Assembly: GCA_022813865.1 (NCBI GenBank) | Contig: JALDZX010000038.1 | Location: 62,001-126,000 of the forward strand | Length of the DNA: 64,000 nucleotides | DNA from: Xylographa opegraphella | Taxonomy: Eukaryota | Reading direction: 5' to 3' | Shown here: positions 49,073 through 60,431 of the stretch, piece by piece | Layout of the letters: each line of letters begins with the position of its first letter | How positions within the stretch are numbered: position 1 is the first letter of the stretch | Made by a program: the position numbers and the translations under genes | Notes under the pieces: model-generated | What the model was told of the DNA's origin: nothing | What the model saw: the letters and a program-made list of their open reading frames with translations, nothing else | Databases searched by the model: none

Positions 49073-49865
49073 CCTGCCCGACTGATGACGATGTTGACTG
49101 TGGGTGGATTGGTAAGCAGGAACTTTCACTTGTCGGACTTGCTATATCGAAATTGCTCTCAACCGTCGAGATCGCCAGGGGCAAAGAGATGCAACAACAG
49201 GAAGCAGCACGGTGACGAGACGCAAGACAGCAGGAGAAAAAAAGTGACCAGAGTGCCGGGTTTTACAAGAAGCTGGGGAAGGGGCCTCGGGATGATAAAT
49301 GAAATTATGGGGCAGCGATGCGGAGGCGGAGAAGCAGTGACTGGCCTGGGGCCGACTATGAAGGATCGGGGAAAGTGCAGCGGTAGCGTGATGGCTGGCT
49401 GGCAACGGGCATTGGCTGGCGGGCCAGATCTCCATGTCTCCTGCGCCCAAAGGGAAAGATGGAGATGGACGTTTTGGTGGTTGGCGGAAAGGCCCCGGAT
49501 GCTGTTCAGTCAGAGACTACCTTAGTCTAGAGCGTGCCGGGAGAAGCGGCTGTTGCTAGCAGAGCGACTGAAGCACCACTTCGGTGCCCGTCGAATAACA
49601 ATGTGCGAATGTCCCCTACCTTACTTCGTACTCGACTGGCTTCAGGGTTATTAAAATATCCAATATCCAATATTCAATATCGCTAGGCTAGTTGCAATGA
49701 TGGTGGTAGCTTTCCACGTTGATATTGGCCTCTTGGCCGGTCCTGTGCTCGGTTGGTGTCTTACGACTCCCAGTTCAATCGAGTGCGACGGAGTCGAGTC
49801 ACAACCGGCGCCAGGATGCACGCGAGGACATCTGACAGACGTGCTCACTCAGCTGCGCATGGCTT

Positions 49866-49923
49866 TTCGTGCTTCGTGCTTCGTGCTTCGTGCTTCGTGC
49901 TTCGTGCTTCGTGCTTCGTGCTT
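49866..49923. repeat. Perfect heptamer tandem repeat (TTCGTGC)8
   Basis: Eight exact copies plus TT, read directly from the sequence. Confidence 0.97.
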
Positions 49924-50949
49924 ACTTCGTCGAGGCCGTCTCGGGTCGTGAGCGCTGTGCTGCAGCCGAAGGAAACATCCCCGCAATATCGCATTTAGAG
50001 TTGGCCAATCACAGCGTCCCATCCCCTCCAAACCCCTGCGCTCGCATGACTGCCTACGGCTAAATACACAGTAAATGACATGACGACAGCATGTCCTTCT
50101 GCAGGCGGTCCTACGGACTTACAGCTACCTCCAATGGTCACAGCACAGTGCTTCAGCGCGAGTGTGCATTGCCCGAAACATGCGCGGTCGGGATCGTTGT
50201 AATACAGGAGATCCCAACTATGGAGTCTTCGACCGCACGGTAGGCACGTCGCCGCCTCGCTCGCACTGCAACGCTGCCGGAGGGATGGCCATCGCTGGGC
50301 GGCCCCCTTGCGAGGCCTGGCCTTCCCATCGTCCGGGCACGTGACTGTTCTGCAACTCATCTCTCGGACAAGCGGGAACGCGTGGTGGCTTGGCGAGATG
50401 GCTCCGATCTAGGCTTAGCGCATATCGCTTCCACTTCCCTGGAGGGGCACACACTGACTCTGCCGACAAGAACTTTCCGTTTCTGAGGCAATTCGTCTCA
50501 TTACTATTCTTGTCAAGATTGCACCGGACCAGCTTTTCGTCTTGTCTTCAGAGTCGAAGGGCTGAGGTGGGTGACTTTCTGAGACGTTCAGATCCCGAAT
50601 TCTGGCATGTTCCGACTCTTGGTACCCACGATGTGGATATCCATCCCTCGAGCTGCATGGCCCACAGGTTGTGTAACTTCCATTTCATATGGTAAACAGT
50701 TTACATGAATACAGTGCGTTGCAAATTTAGGATCAGTATGAGCCGTGCCATAAAATGAATCCTTTGCGAGACCTTGAGTTGAAACAAATGGGGTTTCTGA
50801 ACTGGCCGTATGATTGTTATGCTTACCCCTTGAGAGTTGGCTTTCGCTCTGCCGATGTGGAAGTTGTCAGGGCTTCTTTTGAGTCGTGGCTGCGAAGCCT
50901 TTGTCTAAGGCATTGGGAGTAGCATTGCTTTACCGAACTCATTCTATAC

Positions 50950-51893
50950 ATGCAAGACATCCAGAGTCATCGGAAAACTTTCAGTCAACCATTCCAATCA
51001 CTTTCAACCATTTCCAAGCCATCATAATCTCTTACGTTACATTATGAGGCACCAGAGACTCTGACACTGGTCTTGATGGCGCTTGATCAGCTACTTGACC
51101 CGGTTCATTTGGCTCAGGCTCATATACACCCTCGTCAGAGGCTGACTGTGGTGATTGTAGCACGGTGACAAGGAGCTCTCGACTATATTTTCCATAAACT
51201 TCCTTAAATTATGTATACATTTAAAGACGCAGAACATAGCTTTACTAGCTGATGTTTTAGATCAAGCGTCTTCACCTACGTTTCTCACAAAGAATAAGAG
51301 CCAACAATTTGATTAGGAGGCCGGCGGTCGATAACCAACCCAAACAGACTTTTCAGGCACGGCAAACTCATTCAATCACAGAGAAGAGATTTTGTTTCCC
51401 GGGAATAACTGGAGCGCGAGGTATGCATCACAAAAGTTAGGTATCTGCCACTGATCAAGCCTGCAGATATTGGACACGAAGTTGGAAAGCTGTTTGGGGT
51501 ATGAAGTGCGCAAGGACTTGTTTCAACGGCTAAGAGTAACTACAATGTGTGCCCGATGGACTGGAACGGCGTGACTAAAAGTATAATGATGGCAATCTAG
51601 ATATACAAAGGCTCAGGTCTTAGCCATAAGCCGTGCCTTGTTCTTGGACAGATCTCGGTGTGTCTGAAAATGAAACAGCACTTCTTAATTCTGATCCTGA
51701 CCCTGACGGATAGACCAATGTACCCACCGTCACAAATGCGATCATATCCAGAGGGAGCGAAGGTTTGGAAGAAGCTCGTCATAGAAAGACCTCAATCTCA
51801 ACAAGTTCACTGGAAAGGGACCGCTCAGTTACACCAATGGTCAAAACCTTGAGAAGAGTCAGCCTGGCCACATCGGCAGCTGGTATCGTGTGA
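50950..51893 (+). pseudogene. Degenerate multi-exon gene relic or spliced non-coding transcript
   Basis: Four intron-like segments with GT donor, branch-like site and YAG acceptor (51213-51260, 51421-51466, 51536-51600, 51658-51713). The spliced frame from ATG 50950 carries six internal TAA/TGA stops. Confidence 0.45.
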
Positions 51894-53115
51894 GAGGACC
51901 GCCCAGCCACACCGACAGACAGTGCCTCTCAAGAGGTAGACATTGTCTCTCAAGAGGCCGTCTCAACCCTAACGGTAGAAAGTGTCTCGCAAGAGAATGT
52001 CTGAACCACACTTCGCCGTATTACCCGAGTCATACTACCAGTCCCCGTGAAACCTGAATCAAATGTCCAACCGTTCTGAGGGAAGTCATATTTTCGACAG
52101 AGGATGACAAAAGCTTACACTAAAGCTTCGGCTCAAGCCCGTCAATGATTTGCGGCGGAGCCTCGAGCTGTTGACTTGAGTTCTAGGACAGAGGAGACTT
52201 CAGTCCCAAATGTGCCAAAGGCGAACGTACCAAAGGCCAACTTCCACGAGACAAATGACAGATACTCATGAGGAAGCCAGTCAATAGATAGATTCGAGCT
52301 GTGAACGGTCTGCTCTGGACCTTGACAGAACATCGGCGAAAGCGGCACCGAACGTACGGAGGTTGATACTAAGCCAGGAGGCCCGAAACCAGTATTGACA
52401 AGAGAGGTGAGATTGCTACAAGAGCATGAAAGAGTGCACTACTCGAATATAGCAGAATCTGTGGGAGAAGGGATGCAGTTAGGGCAGTTGGGATTATCAA
52501 CTTCCATCTGAGACGCCGTTTGAAGGAAGAGAAAAGGTTTAAGAATGAGGAGGACGATGACAGGACGATGCAGAGAACAAACCGTGCTCTGGGATCATCG
52601 TGCTCCTTGATAGTATGTATGAAGTAATTGGAATTGGGAGGCACTAATCAGTAGAGTGAAAGGCTTATTCAGCAGGGATGGAGTTAAACACACGTAGCTA
52701 TAATGACCAGCATGTAGAAATCTCACCCATAAGCCAACCATGTTTGCATGACTCGGCGCTTGAGCGGAAGAAACCTTTAAACTCACACCGTAGGACCAGA
52801 TCAACCTTAGAGTATCCTAGTATGGAAATGTCAATTCTAGGAACGCTCGACCAATGCCTCTGTGGTCACATCCTTGGGCGACCGCGGGCGTAGTTTACAT
52901 TAAGCAGCTGGAAAAGGTTGCTGGAATCGAACCGATTACGTCTCATTTAAGTCATGTCATGTCCCAACCCCAATTGAAAGGCTACGAAGATAATTGATAA
53001 ATATCATCAAATGCACACGTAACCAAAACCCAAACCCAAGATCAATCAAATCAAAAATATCCTTCTCCTCCTCCTCCGCCAAACACCACCCCGCTCCACC
53101 CACAAGAACAACCAG

Positions 53116-54333
53116 ATGTCAATTCCGTGTCCGAAGATAGTGCTGGGCGCAGGCTCCATCGGAACCGCCTCAGACGCCCAAGCACACTTCACGACTGCCG
53201 AAGACGCGCAGGCCTTCCTGGATCTGTTCCGCAGGTACGGGCACGTGGACATCGACACCGCCAGAGGCTACTCGCCCGGTGCGCCCGGCAGCAGCGAGCA
53301 GATACTAGGCCAGACCGACTACAAGCAATGGGCGGTCATGGACACGAAGGTCAAGAGCGGGTCGCCGAAGGCGCACACGAAGGAGAACATCGCGGAGAGC
53401 GTGCGGCAGAGCTTGAGTGCCCTGAAAGCGGACAAGGTAAGTAAGTGCACCGGGAGCAGCTGGGGCCCCGCCCCCCTCGCGAGTGTGATATCGGTACCGT
53501 CTTAAGACACAGTTCCGGTTTGCTCAGATGGCCGATAGGTGCACGTGGAGTACCTGCACATGCCCGACCGCAGCACGCCCCTCGAGGAGACGTGCGAGGC
53601 CATGAACGCCGCCTTCGTCGCCGGCCGGTTCGAGAAATTCGGCCTGTCGAATTTCAGTCCGGACGAGGTCGAGCAGGTGGTAGCGATCTGCGCACGGCAC
53701 GGCTGGGTGCGGCCGAGCGTGTATCAGGGGCATTATAATGCCATTACTCGGCTGAGCGAGGAGACGCTGCTTCCGGTACTGCGCAAACACGGACTGGCTT
53801 ATTATGCGTACAGGTCAGCGAGCACGATGTCCAGCACCCGTGACTATGTTATGGAGAAACTGAGTCGCGGCTGACTGACTGCAATGACCAAGTCCCTCCG
53901 GCGCAGGCATCTTTTCCGGCAAGGTCACCAAGGACTCCATCAGCATCCGTGGCGGCCGTTTCGATTCTGGCGTATGTCGCGTGTCCTCCCATCCACCCCC
54001 GCATAGCACTAATATCTTCGACAGAGCGGCGTCGGCAACCTCTACAGCAGCCTCTATCTCAAAGAAGAACTCCTCGCCGCCGCGCGCCGCGTCCAAGACG
54101 AGGCGCAGAAGCAGGGCCTCACCGGCCAGGCGGCTGCGCTGCGCTGGGTGCTGCACCATTCGGCGCTGAGCGCGAAGCACGGCGACGCGATGATCGTCGG
54201 CGCGTCGAGCATGCGGCAGCTGGAGGAGAACCTGGAAATCTGCAAGGAGGGACCGTTGCCCGATGGGGTTGTCAAGGTCATCGAGGACGTGTGGCAGTCG
54301 GCCAAGCCGTTTGCACCACACGCACATATGTAG
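53116..54333 (+). CDS. Aldo-keto reductase (aflatoxin B1 aldehyde reductase/AKR7-like)
   Basis: Four exons. IDTARGY, DTKV, YLHMPDR, FGLSNF, PSVYQGHYNAITR, YAYSP, ALRWVLHHS and IVGASS. Confidence 0.92.
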
Positions 54334-54556
54334 AGTCTGCCAAGCAATTGCATCTGTAATGGGTAGACCTTGATGCCAATAAGCTCGTGTTCGCCGATAG
54401 ATAAATCTAATATTACAAGCGCCAACCCAGAAATGCTCACTCAGACTCTCCCCTCGTAGTCACCCTCGATTTCATGCGCCATTCCCACCGATTAAAGGAA
54501 TAAAAGACAAAACAAGGCATGACTTCGTATAGAATCTGCGTGAACGTACAGCTCAA

Positions 54557-55370
54557 TCACACAAACGTAGACTGTATCCATCCTATCCCTCCGACCCATT
54601 TCTTCGGACTGGTCTTACACTGCAAGCACTCCCTTCCTTCTCCAGGAGTAACCACGGCGCACATGTCGCACACCCGTCGAGCGCAGTCCCGACATGCATA
54701 CTCCGACTCCTCCCTCGATATTCCCATACCTCCCATCTCGACGTCCATGCCATATCCGTCGACCGCCACGTCTATGCAAGCATCACAATCCTGGCACGTA
54801 ATCTTTTCAATGTTCTGATGGTGGGGAGGGTGAATATTCACGGAGACATGACGAGAGACACTCGACTGATGAGGTAGAGCCCAGAAATTGTGCAATGAAG
54901 CTTGCGAAGCGGCTTTCCGCGAACTGTTCGAGGAATCCGAAGCTGTTCGTGGATTGGCCGCGACGGGCTGTAACGCCGGAGATCTTTGCGCCTGGTAGAG
55001 TATTTGATACGTGTTCTCTGCTTCGCATTAGTGCCATACCGACAGCGGACGCCAAATGCTTTTGATTCCTATGCGATTGCTCACCATGTATACTCGACGC
55101 AGCAGGTCTGTTGTCGCGAAACCGTTTACGGGTACGGCTGGGCAGATGTGGTGGTGTAACGTCAAACCATGGATCGCTCGTCATTGACCAATTGTCTACC
55201 TGGTGCAGTCCATGACCAGATTCATCCATAGCAGTATCATCATCGTCAAAGGAAGGTCCAGACTTCCGGCATGGAGTCGGACTGAAAGAGGCGTCGCGTG
55301 AAGAGTAAGAGTTGCTGCTCGCGGAGAATGGCGAGAGCACTGAATCCGATCGTTTGCGCTTGAGCGGCAT
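54557..55370 (-). CDS. Conserved fungal hypothetical protein with a C-terminal Cys-rich (4x CxxC) zinc-finger-like domain
   Basis: Two exons. MPLKRKRS..., HLPSRTRKRFRDNRP, HENTYQILYQAQ, SLHNFW, CQDC...CRDC...CDMC...CLQC, KWVGGIGW. Confidence 0.8.
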
Positions 55371-55910
55371 TGCAGTGTTGGTGAATTGCATTAATCGCCA
55401 AGTTACTTCAGCGGAATCGATGCCAGAAACGTTGCAGTAATTACGAATCAGCACTTGACAAATTGGCTAATGATGATGACGCCTTAGATTGTGGTTGTCT
55501 CGCGACATAATACGCGACGACGCGAACACGCACTTTACTGAACGCCGTAGTCATGGCGCGGATCATTCTTCCCCCGCGAGCCCTCGCTGGCGCTTATCAG
55601 GCGAAGAGTTACTCCGGACTCCGGAGTTTAATGATGGTGTTCATGAGTGGGCCAATGTTGATCAGCCATGCGGTTTGCAGGTGTCACTGGGTAGGCCTCT
55701 ATTCAAGTATAGCTGCCCCTTCTGACATTTTTGTATCGGCCTTCCGAATTCATTTCGCCACAGGACCAGATATACGAACCTGCTTCGTCGTGTGCATGCT
55801 AGGAAAGCATTCAAGCCCCGCGATGTCAGTTTAAACACGCCATGCAAAAGGCCATCTCAGCTTCGCTCGCACTCTGTCCATTTTAACTCTTTACCAAGCA
55901 GCCAAGTTCA

Positions 55911-57096
55911 ATGGCCAGAAGGAGATGCACCCACGCCGGGTCATGGTACTCTTCACATGGCGCCACTCTTTCTAAGGAACTCGATTCTTGGCTTGACAAG
56001 GTGCCCGACACTATCCAGGATGTGGGGAGTTTACCAGTGCCTGAAGCCCGAGCAATAATCGCACCGTAGGATATTGACTGTTTACTGAGGGAGTCGAATC
56101 AAGCTGATGAGTGTCTGCAGTCATGCTGGGTATGCCTATTCTGGACCAGCTGCCGCCTGGGCATACAAGTCTCTTGACCTGTCAAAAGCGTGAGCGTCTT
56201 TCGTTTGCCATATAACGGAGCTTTGATCTAACCGTGCTAGCAAACGTGTCTTCCTACTCGGACCTTCTCATCATTTCTATCTTCCGGACTGTGCACTATC
56301 GCAATGCACTCATTACTCCACACCCCTGGGCGACCTCCTCGTGGATACCCAGACAATAGACCAACTGCACAAGACCGGAAAATTCGGGAAGATGTCCAAA
56401 AGCGTTGATGAGGAGGAACATAGCCTCGAGATGCATTTGCCATATATCTTCAAAGCCCTTTCTAAGATCTTCCCGCGAAATGAGATGCCTCCTCTCGTAC
56501 CGATCTTGGTAGGGAACACCAGCCCGGCCAAGGAGCGAGAGTACGGCGACATCTTGGCCCCCTATTTAGAAGACGAGAGCAATGTTTTCGTCGTGAGCTC
56601 GGACTTCTGCCATTGGGGCTTGAGGTTCAACTACACCTATTACCTCCCTGCTGCAAATTCGGCACCGAATGAAGGTCTCAAACTTGGACACAAAGACAAG
56701 CCCACAGGGTCAACCATTTACGATAGCATTGAGAATCTCGACCGCTTGGCGATGAATGCCATCGAATCTGGAAGCCATGCCGCGTTCATCAACAATTTGC
56801 AAGGCACCGGGAATACGGTTTGCGGCCGCCACCCGATCGGCATCATGATGTGCGCCCTGGAGAACCTGAAGCGAGCCCTGAAGCTCAACAGCCTCACGAC
56901 GGACTTCCAGTTCATCCGGTACGAGCGGAGCAGTCGGTGCGAAGGGGTGTCGGACAGCAGCGTCAGCTACGCCAGCGCATTCGCGAGGGTGGAATGCGAG
57001 GACGTGGCGGCGCAGTTCGAGGATGACATGCGGCCAAAGCCTCGGGGTTCGGCGGCAAGCCAGGATCATGATTCCACCATGGGACACGCGTCGTAA
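55911..57096 (+). CDS. MHO1: MEMO1-family protein (UPF0103)
   Basis: Three exons. THAGSWY, RAIIAPHAGYAYSG, FLLGPSHH, DEEEHSLEMHLP, SSDFCHWG, NTVCGRHPI and DSSVSYAS. Confidence 0.95.
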
Positions 57097-58515
57097 GGAT
57101 GACTTGTGGGAGGGGTATTTCGAGTAATGAATAAAAGATGTGAACTTCACGCTTCTTCATCTGCACGTGACATTCTTGTGCTATGGAACGATCCCTCCGG
57201 ATGCTCTTTCCGTAGTCGTGCCCTTACCCGAATGATGATTGTACCCCCAAAATGATGATTTACTCCTCCAAGCAGGAATCCTTTTACCTCCCATGCGGAG
57301 AGAAATGAAGACGAATCGCCGTGAATTTCAAATCCAGGCCATTGAACGGCAGCTCCTTGCTTCACATTCCAACCAGCTGATTACGGGCCTGACAGGCCGA
57401 TCAAACTGGGGCTTTTTGCAGGTAAATACGTCTTGGGGTTACTCATTATTACAAGGACTGTGATTTATCGTTTGGAACTTAAGGTATGGTGCTCGTAGAT
57501 GATTGACGCCGCACCAAAGGGCTTTGGGAAATAAGGGAGGGTGTGTGATGCTCCGAGGTCATTCACACCGACATAGTGTGCCATCAGCCATCTGGCGTAC
57601 CCTAGGTAGTATAATAGCAAGCAGCAACACTGTGGCAGTGACCATTAAAACCTTTCAGAATTTCTCAGTGACCTCGTTTTGGAGATATTTATGAAAGAGT
57701 ATTCCAAGCTGTGAAAGATGGCATACAGTATAAGAGAATCTGGGTATGATCTTGATGAGATAGTGTCCGACGCTCCGTAATCTACGTCGTTGGGCTGCAT
57801 TATTTGGGTCGTACTCATGAGTATTCGTATTGAAATCTAAATGTTTCCTTACTGTGACACTGCTACCGTACTGTTGCGACATCATTGACATACAAACCAC
57901 GGGCTCCTTGTTTTTTCCCCTGAGCAATGGTAGAAAAGCACAATGGGCTCCACTGCCTTGATAAATCCTCGTAAAGGTATTGCCGATCTAAGCGCTCTCG
58001 ATAGCGGACTGTGTATACAGCCTACACGCGCGACGAGAATAATTAAATCGAAGGAGATGATCTTGCAAATAGCCTCGGTCCTCACTGTCGAGTCCCATAT
58101 TGGATCCAGCGTAGGAGCTTTATGAGGTGGTACACAGCTTATTCGAAGATTGGAACGCCGAGCCGCTTCTGCAAAGGGAGGGGATCATGCGGGGAGATGG
58201 TGGAGATCTCAGCAATGAGTCGGATGAAGTGCTGGGAGTGTTTACTTGGAAGAACTGAATCGCATCATGCTGTTGCTGCTTGGGTTAATAAACATGCCCT
58301 CGGCTCCGAGTGTTTCAACTGGACAGGAACCCCGCATTCCCAAACCTGGTCAGCCCTGTGCTCGTGCAGTTGCCCTGGCAAGCATCCAAACATGGCAACT
58401 TAGCAGCGGTCCGCTGACTCTGTGCACCTGACATGAACCTGAGCATCATTGTCCGGCTATCGTGATTCCAAGTGAACGAAGAGTAATCAACGAACATCGA
58501 ACAATCTACACTACA

Positions 58516-59120
58516 ATGGCGGATGCGGGATCCAACCCCTCTGTTGACATCTCACCGATCTCCCCCATCGAGCGACGCAACTCCTTGGAAAAGCATCTCC
58601 AGACCCGACCAGATCTGAAGGACTTGAAGGATAGGAATATCTTGCTTGATACGAATGCTGCTCCGTGAGCTAGCACCCTTTTCGGCCCCCCCACCCAACC
58701 ACTGACACCTTGGTCAGGTCGCTACAATCCAAGGCTCAGGAGCTCGAGCGCCAGCGGGCGACTGACAGCTTGAAGAAGGGGCTAGGGAGGCGACCGGAGA
58801 GGGAAGAGCTAATCGAGCGTGAGTCTCCTAGCGTCCTGGAGCAGATCCCATCTCAGCCACGCGAGCAGCGTCGTCGGGAGACGAAATGCAAATGCACCTC
58901 ATCTGCTAAAACCTGACGGCTGACTTCTGCATCGTCCCCGCCAACAGGTAACATTCTTCCCGACTCCAATGCAGCGCCGGCGATCCAGGGCCAGCAGAAA
59001 GAGCTACAGAGACACATGCGCGCCAACAGCCTGGAACAGAAGCTTCAGAGCCGGCCGAAGCCAGAGGACTTGGTGAAGGAAGGGATCTTGGAGGCGAACG
59101 AGGAGGCCACACAGGGATGA
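58516..59120 (+). CDS. RPEL-repeat protein (three repeats)
   Basis: Three exons: LQTRPDLKDLKDRNIL, LGRRPEREELIERNIL and LQSRPKPEDLVKEGIL. Confidence 0.92.
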
Positions 59121-60431
59121 GCGTGGGGCTATAGACGGCGGTATCGAAATCTGATGAGAGCAGCTGATTGAGCTTACAAACACAATGAGATCGTTGGGAA
59201 GCTCTGGCGTACTTGGACAACCCACCCTTGCCGAAAGCCAAACTTGATTGTCTCTCGTGGTTCCTCACATCAACAAGACGCTCTCCTTGACCGGTGTAGA
59301 ATCCTCCCAACTGCCCGACGGAGTGCGCGGATGCCGTTGGCTGTAAGCCGAGCCCTAGCCCTTCATTCTCTCTAGATTTCCTTTTCGCAGCTTGCGAACG
59401 AACACAAGACCCTGCGATCATCGTTCATCCACAAATTCTTCCAGGAAAGACCTTGATCTTTCAACAAATTGCAAGCTAGGCAGAGAGACACGTTATTGCT
59501 TTTTATTGGAACATCCGGTACCTGAGCTGGGGCCCGTACGAACTAGCTAAAAGAAGGTAAGGAACAGGGCGCCCGCCACTAAACAGGGCACTGTTCATGC
59601 TTGAAATGCCTCGTTGCTTTGATTTTCCTCTTCCGGCCGGTGCCAGGGACTTGACAGCAAAAGCCTCCGCGTCATTCGACCACATTTGACGCGACTTTTA
59701 CTCCGTATTAGCTCGCGATCAAGGCCACCTTCGCGGCCGCGCTAGCCGTTCTTGCAGGGAGCAGGCCTTAGGCGGGGGCGGATTAAGCTTTCTCATCGCC
59801 CCTATCCAGCTTGTGCTTACAGAAGTCCACCTTCAGGTAAGGTAGATTATCGTGCATTTATTGCATTGAGCGAGGATCTCTATGCGCCTGATATGGTGTC
59901 GTTGCTGTCCGATTCCGAGCCGAGAATGGCAGATCTTCGGGTGGTCGTTATCTCAGAGGAACGCTGACCGAAGCATGAGTGCTTAACCCACTAAACCTGC
60001 AATGCCATGATTGAGGAACTGCGTACACATTGCTGACCCCTTTCACCCATCGTGGAGCTAAGATGCACGATCGGCCAACGGTCCGTGGCGCTTGCTCGAA
60101 ATCAGACCCCCGTTGGAAAGTCGGCATCCTTGCGTGGAAGCTGCTTCGGATGAGGGAGTCGTTCATGAGCCGCGCAAAATCACGAAAAACAATACCACTA
60201 AATGGTTCTAGGTAGGTCGCTCACTTTCTCGCCGTGCGTTCACCTGCTGGATGATGAGCTGCCGTCTTTGTCTCCTGTTCCCCCACACCCTTTTGTGATT
60301 ATTCTTGTCGCGAGCGAGGAGCATGGCTGTTCTCATGACCGCGTTCGTGCAATCGTGTTGGGCCACTGTGGATTTCTAGAGACTGGCTTTGTTACATTGA
60401 CATTGGACACCTCCAGTCGGGAACCGGTGAG

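Noticed and set aside
48554..49525. Long alternative ORFs (323 aa here; also 17607-18347, 42658-43377, 63150-63980)
   Set aside because: These are antisense or off-frame shadows of real genes in GC-rich DNA, with no recognisable protein features.
49866..49923. Repeat array considered as CRISPR-like or telomeric
   Set aside because: No spacers, eukaryotic context, and the unit is not a TTAGGG-type repeat.
51378..51392. ACAGAGAAGA resembling the U6 snRNA ACAGAGA box
   Set aside because: The flanks do not match U6, so this is a short chance match.
51714..52610. About 300 codons in one frame interrupted only by TGA (10 times, no TAA or TAG), hinting at selenocysteine or UGA recoding
   Set aside because: Neighbouring genes use TGA as a normal stop, filamentous ascomycetes are not known to use Sec, and TGA is common out of frame in GAN-rich or TA-poor DNA. 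Decay or chance explains it better.
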